Of a stretch of DNA of 64,000 bases, positions 18,557 through 27,088 are shown one piece after another; position 1 is the stretch's first letter, and the number at the start of each line of letters is the position of its first letter. A model generated the notes under the pieces. It was not told where the DNA came from and ran no database searches. It saw nothing but the letters and a program-made list of their open reading frames with translations. Both the position numbers and the translations under genes were made by a program. Location of the stretch: positions 1 through 64,000 of the IMG/VR virus record IMGVR_UViG_3300036768_001133; one strand, given 5' to 3'. Origin of the DNA: a virus.

Positions 18557-18935
18557 AGCGATAGGTAAAGATATAATTATATCTGTAGATAATGATTTAT
18601 TAAAGCCTTGTAATAGGATAACTTGGTTTTATCCTATTACAGACAAATGTAAAAATAGTATAGTATCGTATTTCAAAAAGCAAGGATATAGTATAGATAT
18701 CCTCAAAGAAGAATACATACTATATGAAGATGACTTGTATATTTGGTTATCTGATACAGATAATATACAGGGTATAGATTATGATTGTTTATATTGTGGT
18801 GGTGATAGTTTTGATATGGTAATAAACGGAAAAGAGCATAATATATGCTTAAAAGAAGATAAGCTATATGAAATAGTAATTGGTAATCACTATAATAAAA
18901 GCAGAATAATAAAGGCAGAACCGAAAAGCCTGTAA
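18546..18935 (+). CDS. Hypothetical protein
   Basis: 129-aa ORF whose 3' end runs into the conserved element. Confidence 0.6.
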   Translation: MYIRAIGKDIIISVDNDLLKPCNRITWFYPITDKCKNSIVSYFKKQGYSIDILKEEYILYEDDLYIWLSDTDNIQGIDYDCLYCGGDSFDMVINGKEHNICLKEDKLYEIVIGNHYNKSRIIKAEPKSL

Positions 18936-18959
18936 TTAGGGGTAAAAAAAACAAGTAAA
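18911..18959 (+). promoter_or_regulatory. Conserved upstream element, copy 1 (putative structured RNA)
   Basis: AAAGGCAGAACCGAAAAGCCTGTAATTAGGGGTAAAAAAAACAAGTAAA directly before ATG. Confidence 0.55.
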
Positions 18960-19538
18960 ATGGAATTTATTGTTGAATTAGAAAAGCTAAGGGAAACACC
19001 TTGCGAAAGATACCTTGAACATTTTATAGATGGTAAAGTCGACGCTCTCAAACTATTTAGAGAGCTCGATGAACAATATGAATGGTTGTATGCATATTCG
19101 GACTATGATATAGTCCGTTATGAAATAGAAAATGGAATATTTGATTGGGAAAAACACAGCCGTTATGTTGCTGCGTATTGTCCTGAATATTTTGATGGAA
19201 ATAAATACAATTGGGAAAAATATAGCTGTTACGTTGCTCAATATTGTCCTCAATACTTGGACAAAGAGAAATACAATTGGGAAGTTGATAGTTGGGCAAT
19301 AGTTAAATATTGTCCGCAATATTTTGATAAAGAAAAATACAATTGGAAAACTGATAGCTGGGCAATAGCTGAATATTGCCCACAATATTTCGATAAAGAA
19401 AAATACAATTGGGAGAAACATAGCTATTATGTTGCTATGTATAGTCCTGAACTATTGGACAAAGATAAATATAATTGGAAAGAAGATAGCTGGGCAGTAG
19501 CTAAATACTGTCCCGAACTATTGAAATATAAACCTTAA
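18960..19538 (+). CDS. 22-aa repeat protein, paralog 2 (6 repeats)
   Basis: Same N-domain and repeats as paralog 1. Confidence 0.85.
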   Translation: MEFIVELEKLRETPCERYLEHFIDGKVDALKLFRELDEQYEWLYAYSDYDIVRYEIENGIFDWEKHSRYVAAYCPEYFDGNKYNWEKYSCYVAQYCPQYLDKEKYNWEVDSWAIVKYCPQYFDKEKYNWKTDSWAIAEYCPQYFDKEKYNWEKHSYYVAMYSPELLDKDKYNWKEDSWAVAKYCPELLKYKP

Positions 19539-19552
19539 TTATTTTTACTACA

Positions 19553-19611
19553 AAAGGCAAAACCCGAAAAGCCTGTAATAAAGTAGGGGTAAAAAAAACA
19601 AGTAAAAAAAA
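19553..19611 (+). promoter_or_regulatory. Conserved upstream element, copy 2
   Basis: AAAGGCAAAACCCGAAAAGCCTGTAATAAAGTAGGGGTAAAAAAAACAAGTAAAA. Confidence 0.55.
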
Positions 19612-20226
19612 ATGGAATTTATTATCGAATTAAGCAGGTTAAAAAAAGAACCCTGCGAAAGATATTTAAAGTATTTTATAGACGGCAAAATCGATGCTCT
19701 CAAGCTATTTAGAGAGCTTGGCGAACAATATGAATGGTTGTACAGACATTCGGATTACGATATTATAGGATTTGAAATAGAAAATGGAATATTTGATTGG
19801 GGAAAATATAGTTATTATATTGCTGAACTTTGTCCGCAATATTTGGACAAAGATAAGTATAACTGGAAGGAACATAGCTGGGCTGTTGCTGAATTTTGTC
19901 CCAAGCATTTGGACAAAGATAGATACAATTGGGAAGAAGATGGTTGGGTAGTTGCGAAATATTGTCCCGAACTATTGGACAAGGAGAAATATAACTGGGA
20001 AAAAGATAGCTATTATATTGCGAAATATTGTCCCGAGCATTTGGACAAGGACAAATACAATTGGGAGAAATGCAGCTGGGCTGTTGTTGAATTTTGTCCC
20101 GAGCATTTTGATAAGGATAAATATAATTGGAAAGAAGATAGTTGGGCAATAGCTCAATTTTGTCCCGAACTATTGAAATATAAAAAAGGCAAAACCCGAA
20201 AAACCTGTAAAAAAGTACAAAACTAA
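19612..20226 (+). CDS. 22-aa repeat protein, paralog 3 (6 repeats, extended C-terminus)
   Basis: Ends KYKKGKTRKTCKKVQN instead of KYKP. Confidence 0.85.
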   Translation: MEFIIELSRLKKEPCERYLKYFIDGKIDALKLFRELGEQYEWLYRHSDYDIIGFEIENGIFDWGKYSYYIAELCPQYLDKDKYNWKEHSWAVAEFCPKHLDKDRYNWEEDGWVVAKYCPELLDKEKYNWEKDSYYIAKYCPEHLDKDKYNWEKCSWAVVEFCPEHFDKDKYNWKEDSWAIAQFCPELLKYKKGKTRKTCKKVQN

Positions 20227-20231
20227 AAAGT
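20185..20231 (+). promoter_or_regulatory. Conserved upstream element, copy 3 (degenerate)
   Basis: AAAGGCAAAACCCGAAAAACCTGTAAAAAAGTAC. Confidence 0.45.
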
Positions 20232-21011
20232 ATGAAATTTATTGTCGAATTAAGCAGGTTAAAAAAAGAACCCTGCGAAAAATACCTTAAACATTTTGTA
20301 AATGGTAAAGCTGACGCTCTCAAATTATTTAGAGAGCTTGGCGAACAATACGAATGGTTGTACAGACATTCGGACTATGATATTATAGGATTTGAAATAG
20401 AAAATGGAATATTTGATTGGGAAAAATATAGCTATTATATTGCCCAATATTGTCCCGAGCATTTGGACAAAGAGAAGTATAACTGGGACGAAGATGGTCT
20501 TTATGTTGCCGAATATTGTCCCGAGAATTTGGACAAAGAAAAATACAATTGGAAAGACCATAGTTGGGCAATAGCCCAATATTGTCCCGAACATTTTGAT
20601 AAGGACAGATATAATTGGGAAGAATATAGTTATTATATTGCTAAATATTGTCCGCAATATTTAGACAAAGAGAAGTATAACTGGGAAAAACAAAGTTGGG
20701 CAATAGCCCAATATTGTCCCAAGCATTTTGATGAGGATAAATATAATTGGAAAGAACATGGTTATTATATAGCCTTATATTGTCCTCAATATTTTGATAA
20801 AGATAGATACAATTGGGAAAAACATAGCTATTATGTTGCGAAATATTGTCCCGAGCATTTGGACAAGGATAGATACAATTGGGAGCAATGTAGTCGCTAT
20901 GTTGCCCAATATTGTCCGCAATATTTGGACAAGGACAAATATAATTGGGAAGAACATATTTGGGCAGTAGCTCAATTTTGTCCCGAACTATTGAAATATA
21001 AACCTTATTAA
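20232..21011 (+). CDS. 22-aa repeat protein, paralog 4 (9 repeats)
   Basis: Same N-domain with nine repeats. Confidence 0.85.
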   Translation: MKFIVELSRLKKEPCEKYLKHFVNGKADALKLFRELGEQYEWLYRHSDYDIIGFEIENGIFDWEKYSYYIAQYCPEHLDKEKYNWDEDGLYVAEYCPENLDKEKYNWKDHSWAIAQYCPEHFDKDRYNWEEYSYYIAKYCPQYLDKEKYNWEKQSWAIAQYCPKHFDEDKYNWKEHGYYIALYCPQYFDKDRYNWEKHSYYVAKYCPEHLDKDRYNWEQCSRYVAQYCPQYLDKDKYNWEEHIWAVAQFCPELLKYKPY

Positions 21012-21023
21012 AATTTTACATTT

Positions 21024-21254
21024 ATGAAAAAAAGCAAAGTGTCCATTTCAAAAAGAATGAAAATATTAGAGAAACTAATAGATGTAGATGGTTTTGATGA
21101 ACTAATAGAAAATTTTATTATTGATTGTTCTTTTGAGCTTGCAAGATATAGACAAGCAGAAGAGCATAATAAAGCTAAAAGGCTTGAAAAGAAAATAATT
21201 AAATTTCTGGAAAAAGTAAAAACATCAAGAAAACTATACTTAGGAGAAATATGA
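21024..21254 (+). CDS. Hypothetical protein
   Basis: 76-aa ORF coupled to the ERF gene. Confidence 0.6.
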   Translation: MKKSKVSISKRMKILEKLIDVDGFDELIENFIIDCSFELARYRQAEEHNKAKRLEKKIIKFLEKVKTSRKLYLGEI

Positions 21255-21793
21255 TTTACAAAAAATTATCTGAAATTCAAAGTAAAATAAAAGTTCCTAA
21301 AACGCAATACAATAGTTTTGGGAAATATAATTACAGGTCTTTGGAAGACATATTTGAAGAAGTAAAAAAGTATTTAGACGAATACAAACTATCTTTGTAT
21401 TTGTCTGATGAAATAGTTTTAATAGGTGATAGATATTATGTTAAAAGTACCGCTATACTTGTTGATGTAGAAGATGGTGCAAAGATAGAAAGTATTGCAT
21501 ATGCGAGAGAGGAAGAAAATAAAAAAGGTATGGACGGAAGTCAAATAACAGGAGCATCGTCAAGTTATGCAAGAAAATATGCTCTCGGTTCATTATTTTT
21601 GTTAGATGATAACAAAGATAGTGATTATACTAATACTCATGATAAAAACGATAAACCTATTTTGACAGAAGACAAGATAGGTAAAGCAGTAGAATATATG
21701 AAAGAGAAGAAGATAAGCATAAATGAACTGAAAAAGAAATATACTATAAGCAAAGATATAGAAGACAAGATTTTATCTTTATTAAAAAATTAA
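21251..21793 (+). CDS. ERF-family single-strand annealing protein
   Basis: KLSEIQSKIKVPKTQYNSFGKYNYRSLEDI...AYAREEE...QITGASSSYARKYAL..LFLLDD. Confidence 0.92.
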   Translation: MIYKKLSEIQSKIKVPKTQYNSFGKYNYRSLEDIFEEVKKYLDEYKLSLYLSDEIVLIGDRYYVKSTAILVDVEDGAKIESIAYAREEENKKGMDGSQITGASSSYARKYALGSLFLLDDNKDSDYTNTHDKNDKPILTEDKIGKAVEYMKEKKISINELKKKYTISKDIEDKILSLLKN

Positions 21794-21797
21794 AATT

Positions 21798-22415
21798 ATG
21801 ATTTTAGTTAAACTTTTGTATCAAGAACAAGAAGAAGATGTTTTATATCTTATTGATGAAAATAGAATAGAAACTATGCCTGTTTCTGATACATACAATA
21901 ATGATGGACTACTACTTGGAAGTTATGGAGCAGGTGATAGTATAGAGATTTTGTCTGAAAATCTTGTTGCATTTGCAAATAAATATGAAGAAGAAAATGA
22001 CAGTGATTTTGAATGGGAAATAGGACAATTAGTAGAAGCCTATTATAACACCGATTTATTTGATAAAATAAAATCAAATAAACAATTAAAACAAGATAAA
22101 GATTACAAGTTATATCAACTAACTTGTAAAGGATACAATTATTGGAACGGAAAGAAATATCAATCCGTCATATTAGAAGATAGCTTTGATAATAGTTTCG
22201 TAACTCACGAAATTATTGATGAAGATGAATTATTAGCATTAGTAAATAAAGCAGTTAAAGAAAAAGAATATGTAAAAGAAGAAAATGGAGTTATATTTTA
22301 TTCTTACAAACTAAATGAAGAAGAAACAAAAAAGTTTGATTTGAATAAAATAACTTTTTTTAATAGTTGTTGGCAACAAGATAGTTGGTATGAATATAAA
22401 ATGTTGTTTTCGTAA
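21798..22415 (+). CDS. Acidic hypothetical protein
   Basis: 205-aa ORF, E/D-rich. Confidence 0.6.
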   Translation: MILVKLLYQEQEEDVLYLIDENRIETMPVSDTYNNDGLLLGSYGAGDSIEILSENLVAFANKYEEENDSDFEWEIGQLVEAYYNTDLFDKIKSNKQLKQDKDYKLYQLTCKGYNYWNGKKYQSVILEDSFDNSFVTHEIIDEDELLALVNKAVKEKEYVKEENGVIFYSYKLNEEETKKFDLNKITFFNSCWQQDSWYEYKMLFS

Positions 22416-22441
22416 TTGTAATTTGATTTTCAGGTGTATAG

Positions 22442-22476
22442 CTCCCCTCTCCTTTTGGAGAGGGGCTGGGGTGAGG
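22442..22476 (+). repeat. REP/BoxC-like bacterial palindromic element
   Basis: CTCCCCTCTCC-TTTT-GGAGAGGGGCTGGGGTGAGG; GC-rich island in AT-rich DNA. Confidence 0.7.
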
Positions 22477-22563
22477 TCAAAAAAACAAAGTATAACAAAA
22501 AACTAAATTTTTTAACAAATTGTATTTCAAACAATTTGTACTTATAACTCACGTTAATTTAAT

Positions 22564-22848
22564 ATGAACAAAAACAAAACTTACTATGAAGAAATAAGAA
22601 AAAGACTACCTCTTTTTGTCAAAGTACGAAAGGAGGTTTTAGACTATAAAATTAAATATCTTACTGATACTTATAGAAAAAGTATTTTAGTAAAAGATTT
22701 GTTTTCTTTGAAACAATATTATATTTGCACTGATATTTCTTTTAGAGAAGACCTTAATAAAGTATATTTCAAAATACTTGGATACAAAATGGTTTATGAA
22801 GATACTATATTTGAACTCATAGATAGTTCGTTAATCTTACCAAACTAA
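22564..22848 (+). CDS. Hypothetical protein
   Basis: 94-aa ORF. Confidence 0.55.
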   Translation: MNKNKTYYEEIRKRLPLFVKVRKEVLDYKIKYLTDTYRKSILVKDLFSLKQYYICTDISFREDLNKVYFKILGYKMVYEDTIFELIDSSLILPN

Positions 22849-22861
22849 ACTTAAAAAATTT

Positions 22862-23671
22862 ATGATGCAAGAATTATTTAGCATTACAGGTAAATGCAAG
22901 AAAATATCTGAACATATCCTTTCAGAAGAAGTAATAAAAGTACCTGATGTAGAAGGAAAATTACCTCATATCAATCATATCATTAGCTTGCTTAAAGAAG
23001 CTAATGAAAGGATAGGGAAATATGAAATGGATATATACCATTCTAACGCAATTATATTAAATCAAAATAAAGAGGAAAAAGAATTTAGCGTAGTAATACC
23101 TAAATTTCAAATAGAAAGTAAATACCCTGATTATATTACTGATAAGGGGGTAATGAAATCTATATTTACTTTTGAATACAAAAACAATACAAGTTTGGAA
23201 ATCAATGCTTGTGTAGCAGAAGAAATACAAGTATGCTCTAATGGGCTTGTTATTCAAGAAAACATTATAGAAAACAAATCTAAACTAAACCGAAAATATG
23301 GTTTAGAAAGATTTGTGTATATGTTTCTGAATAAATTTGCCGTGGAAGAAAGTGTAGTAAATAGTCAAAGATACATAGAGCTGTTAAGTTCAAAAGTAGT
23401 AACAGCTACACAAGAGAAAGAAATATTAGGCGATTTGCTTAAAAGAACCCATACCAGCAAACACGTAATTGATAGCAGTATCTTGCTTAAAGCCGCAAGA
23501 TATGGTGATAACAAAGATAATCCTTTCAAAAGCAAAAATGGTGTAAGAACAATATTTGATTTCTTGCAAGACTTTACTTGCTTTATGAAAACAACAGACA
23601 TATCTACGCATATCAATAAAAATGTAAAACTTACTAACTATTTTAGAGAATTATGTTTGCAGAACAATTAG
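22862..23671 (+). CDS. DUF932/DUF3871-like protein
   Basis: IQVCSNGLV motif; C-terminal TIFDFLQDFT. Confidence 0.55.
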   Translation: MMQELFSITGKCKKISEHILSEEVIKVPDVEGKLPHINHIISLLKEANERIGKYEMDIYHSNAIILNQNKEEKEFSVVIPKFQIESKYPDYITDKGVMKSIFTFEYKNNTSLEINACVAEEIQVCSNGLVIQENIIENKSKLNRKYGLERFVYMFLNKFAVEESVVNSQRYIELLSSKVVTATQEKEILGDLLKRTHTSKHVIDSSILLKAARYGDNKDNPFKSKNGVRTIFDFLQDFTCFMKTTDISTHINKNVKLTNYFRELCLQNN

Positions 23672-23985
23672 AAAAAATTAAAGATGAAGGTTTGCAACAA
23701 AAATTCGCAAAATATATCAAAAATAATGTATCATATAGAACATTATTTTTAGAGTTTATATTAGAAGAAATGAGTAAGCATATACCAAACATAAAAAGTT
23801 TGGTAGAAATATACAATGACAATTTTATAGTAATAGATATGAAAGAATTTACCATTGCTATTTACGAGTGTATAGAAAGAAATGGTATATTCATATATTC
23901 CACAGATACCTTTTGTCTTCTAAGACAATTGAGAGATGATATGAATGAACCTATTTGTGAATTGTTTGTAAAGACACTTGTTTAA
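23653..23985 (+). CDS. Hypothetical protein
   Basis: 110-aa ORF. Confidence 0.55.
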   Translation: MFAEQLEKIKDEGLQQKFAKYIKNNVSYRTLFLEFILEEMSKHIPNIKSLVEIYNDNFIVIDMKEFTIAIYECIERNGIFIYSTDTFCLLRQLRDDMNEPICELFVKTLV

Positions 23986-24319
23986 TATGGATATAAAAGT
24001 AAAAAAAAATGCTGTTATTCATATGTCAGTTTTAGATTTATACAATATTATTAAAAACAAAAAATCTAAATCTGATGAGGAAATATATCTAATGTGTATG
24101 ATACACTATTTGTTACACGATACCAATGATGTTCTTGTAATGAATAAAGTAAAAGATAATCTTGAAAACAATATACCTATTTATTATTTTCAAGATGTAT
24201 TAGATAATGTACTTAAAGATATAGATACAGAATACTTTTCTTTAAGTATAGTATTATATGAAAAAATAATATACGAATATCCAAGTATTAAAAAGGAAAA
24301 AACTAAACTTCCTTTCTAA
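23978..24319 (+). CDS. Hypothetical protein
   Basis: 113-aa ORF ending KLPF. Confidence 0.55.
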   Translation: MFNMDIKVKKNAVIHMSVLDLYNIIKNKKSKSDEEIYLMCMIHYLLHDTNDVLVMNKVKDNLENNIPIYYFQDVLDNVLKDIDTEYFSLSIVLYEKIIYEYPSIKKEKTKLPF

Positions 24320-25056
24320 TGAAATACGAACTTGTTAAAGAAGGCGACTATTTCAGAATAGTCGCCCTAAAAGATATAGATAGCATTGGCATTAAAAAAG
24401 GCGATTTAGGTGGATTGGTAACAAATGAATATACGCTATCAAAAGTAGATGATAGCTGGATATTTGAGGATAGCATAGTAGAAGGAGAAGTAAGTGTATC
24501 AGGCAATAGTCTTATCATTGATAGCGATATTAAAGGTATAGGCTCAATATTTGCTTGTACTATTGTATCCTCTGATATAAGTATTTGTAATTTATTTCAG
24601 TCAAAAGTATTGCATAGTTATTTAACTAATGTTAATGCAAGCAATAGCTTTTTATTTAGAAGTGAAATATACGAAACAAGTTCCTTAAATAGTCAAATAT
24701 ACCATAGCAAAATTGAATATAGTAATGTGTATGACTCTGATGTAAAAGAATGTGTAGTAAAAAAAGATAGCAAGATACATAATTCATATGCCTATAAATG
24801 TGATATAGAACAATCTGATATTTATTTATCTAATTTGTGCGAAGCAGTTTTGATAAATAACATAATATTTAATGGTAAAATCTATATATTCAATAATACA
24901 CTTTATACTCATACTTGTAATAAAATAGATAACTCTTTTATTGTCAATTCAAATATATCAATGTCTAATTTAGACAACTGCCATATTATTTGTTCTGATA
25001 TATGCAGAGATATTGCAGATATAAAAATTATTAACCAAAATGATTACAAAAAATGA
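24319..25056 (+). CDS. Phage beta-helix (penta/hexapeptide repeat) protein
   Basis: FRIVALKD...KKGDLGGLV...LS...SWIF N-cap followed by 5-aa periodic SxI repeats. Confidence 0.7.
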   Translation: MKYELVKEGDYFRIVALKDIDSIGIKKGDLGGLVTNEYTLSKVDDSWIFEDSIVEGEVSVSGNSLIIDSDIKGIGSIFACTIVSSDISICNLFQSKVLHSYLTNVNASNSFLFRSEIYETSSLNSQIYHSKIEYSNVYDSDVKECVVKKDSKIHNSYAYKCDIEQSDIYLSNLCEAVLINNIIFNGKIYIFNNTLYTHTCNKIDNSFIVNSNISMSNLDNCHIICSDICRDIADIKIINQNDYKK

Positions 25057-25475
25057 AAGTCGCTTTTTTAGAAGGTAAGGTTTATACACAACCTAAAAGA
25101 ATTAAAACCAAATTTGGAAAAGAAGTGCTAAGCTTTTCCATTGGTATTAACAATAACTATAAAGACAAGTCAGGGAACTATGTTCAAAGACCTATGACTT
25201 ATATCAATCTAATATGTCATAACCCTGATTTATTTGATGTTATTGAAAATATTAGACTAAAACAAGATAAAGTTTCTTTACTTGCGACGTTTGATATTGT
25301 GGAAGAAAAAGCAGATGGTAAAATTGTTAAAAACACTTACTATTCATTAGTAGCTATAAGTGTTAATAATGATAAATTGTATGGTGCTTATAAAACCTTT
25401 AAAGACCATTTTACATTAAAAGAAGATTTATATGTCCCACCAAAAGAAACAGACAAAGAAGACTTGCCATTTTGA
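25053..25475 (+). CDS. ssb: Single-stranded DNA-binding protein
   Basis: OB-fold pattern FSIGINNNYKDKSG...TYINL; acidic tail EDLPF. Confidence 0.85.
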   Translation: MKVAFLEGKVYTQPKRIKTKFGKEVLSFSIGINNNYKDKSGNYVQRPMTYINLICHNPDLFDVIENIRLKQDKVSLLATFDIVEEKADGKIVKNTYYSLVAISVNNDKLYGAYKTFKDHFTLKEDLYVPPKETDKEDLPF

Positions 25476-25698
25476 CTATAATATGGCAAAGGATTTATAT
25501 TATCAAATAAGGGCTATCTATAATAGCCCTTATTTGGAAGAAGAAAATTATGAAATTATTATAGCTTTAATGCAAGCAGTAAACGAAGACAAGGTAAATC
25601 CTGAATATTTACTCTATAAAGCAAAACTCTTGTCGCAAGAACAAAAAGAATTTAAACAAAAACTTTGTAATTTAATTAAAGCAAAATTTTGGATATGA
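25432..25698 (+). CDS. Hypothetical protein (likely start MAKD about 25483)
   Basis: ORF. Confidence 0.5.
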   Translation: MSHQKKQTKKTCHFDYNMAKDLYYQIRAIYNSPYLEEENYEIIIALMQAVNEDKVNPEYLLYKAKLLSQEQKEFKQKLCNLIKAKFWI

Positions 25699-26087
25699 AA
25701 GAAAACTTAAAAGAAGTTATCAGCTTTTATGAGGATATTACAAATACCTCTATAAAAGAAATAAAAAGAGCTTTATACATTTACGAAAAACTTTCTTTCG
25801 CTAAATATAAAAGTCTTTCAGTTTTTTTGCAAACTTATATGTTATCTTGGGAAAAAGATATTGCTAATATAGATATTATCAATTTTCTATATTCAGAAAT
25901 CTTGTGGAATGCTAAAATAAAATTAGGAGAAAAATTATCAGATTGTATAGAAATTGTAGGTTCAAAGGAACATACAAGACTTAAAGTAAAAAAACGAGAT
26001 ATGCTTCAAAAACTATTAGCAAATGAAGATTCTTATAGAGTAGAAGACTTAAAAACATTACTTGCCTTACAAAAGTATAAGTTATGA
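25689..26087 (+). CDS. Hypothetical protein
   Basis: 132-aa ORF. Confidence 0.55.
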   Translation: MDMKENLKEVISFYEDITNTSIKEIKRALYIYEKLSFAKYKSLSVFLQTYMLSWEKDIANIDIINFLYSEILWNAKIKLGEKLSDCIEIVGSKEHTRLKVKKRDMLQKLLANEDSYRVEDLKTLLALQKYKL

Positions 26088-26473
26088 ACTATGAGTATTT
26101 TTTTTTGGCAGATAAAAGCAATGAAACTCAAAGAGTATATGTTGCTGTAACTACTAATAGCAGATACTATAATCTATATCCTAATAAAGTGTATAGGTGG
26201 GAAATAGAAAATGGTATAGCAAGCCCTATAAAACGTATGAATTATACTATACCTGTGGAAGATGAAAAAGCTATACAAGCCCTTGATAATATTGTAAAAT
26301 ACAAACAATTAGAAAGCATACATAAAAAGTATTTGCTTTATAGATACAATAAAAACATAGATATTATACAACCACTCATACAAATTCCTTATTCTTTGAA
26401 AATAAGAATAAAAGGGAATTTTGACAAAGATAAAAAGTATGTAGAAATTTATGCTAATCCTACCTATTTATGA
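26084..26473 (+). CDS. Hypothetical protein
   Basis: 129-aa ORF with ATGA coupling. Confidence 0.55.
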   Translation: MNYEYFFLADKSNETQRVYVAVTTNSRYYNLYPNKVYRWEIENGIASPIKRMNYTIPVEDEKAIQALDNIVKYKQLESIHKKYLLYRYNKNIDIIQPLIQIPYSLKIRIKGNFDKDKKYVEIYANPTYL

Positions 26474-26643
26474 TTGGAGAAAAAGTCTTAAAATTTTATG
26501 AAGCTTATACAGGTATAAAATACAAAATATCAGGGAAAAAACTTAAAAAATCAATAGATTTAGAGGAACTTATAAAGAAAGTAAAACAACACAAAAACTG
26601 CGATACAGAAATCTTTAACTTACTAAATTTGTTAGAATATTAA
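26470..26643 (+). CDS. Small hypothetical protein (57 aa, not in ORF track)
   Basis: MIGEKVLKFYEAYTGIKYK...; ATGA overlap with the upstream stop. Confidence 0.5.
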   Translation: MIGEKVLKFYEAYTGIKYKISGKKLKKSIDLEELIKKVKQHKNCDTEIFNLLNLLEY

Positions 26644-26661
26644 ACATACTATATTATACAC

Positions 26662-27075
26662 TTGGAAGAGCAAATAATATCTGTTATTAAAAACATAGTA
26701 CCATATCCTTTTGAGGACTTATGTATATTATACATAAGTCCCAAAGGGTATGTCAGACGTACAAAAGCAGATGCTTGGAAAAAGCGTAAATGCGTAATAG
26801 AATACTATGCCTATAAAGATTTACTACGTAATAGCATAGAAGGTAAATACATAGCTAATGAGGTACTTAAAGTAGTGTTCCTATTACAAGTACCACAAAG
26901 CCTATCTAATAAAAAGAAAAATGAACTATACTATACGCCTCATAAGAAAAAGCCTGATATAGATAACTTGGTGAAAGCTCTATTAGATACCTTTCACAAA
27001 CAAGACAATATAGTGCATACTATCTATGCACATAAAATATATGCTCCTTTTAATGCTATTGTATTACTAACCTAA
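26662..27075 (+). CDS. rusA: RusA-like Holliday junction resolvase
   Basis: PHKKKPDIDNLVKALLD...QDNIV. Confidence 0.85.
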   Translation: MEEQIISVIKNIVPYPFEDLCILYISPKGYVRRTKADAWKKRKCVIEYYAYKDLLRNSIEGKYIANEVLKVVFLLQVPQSLSNKKKNELYYTPHKKKPDIDNLVKALLDTFHKQDNIVHTIYAHKIYAPFNAIVLLT

Positions 27076-27088
27076 AAGTACAAATCTT

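Noticed and set aside
18911-19611. c-di-GMP-I riboswitch (GGCAAA...GAAA) match
   Set aside because: Only the first few nucleotides resemble it; the second stem and tetraloop receptor are absent.
14947-21011. Diversity-generating retroelement (TR/VR) explanation for the repeat genes
   Set aside because: No reverse transcriptase in the window; differences between repeats are not confined to adenines; all copies are coding.
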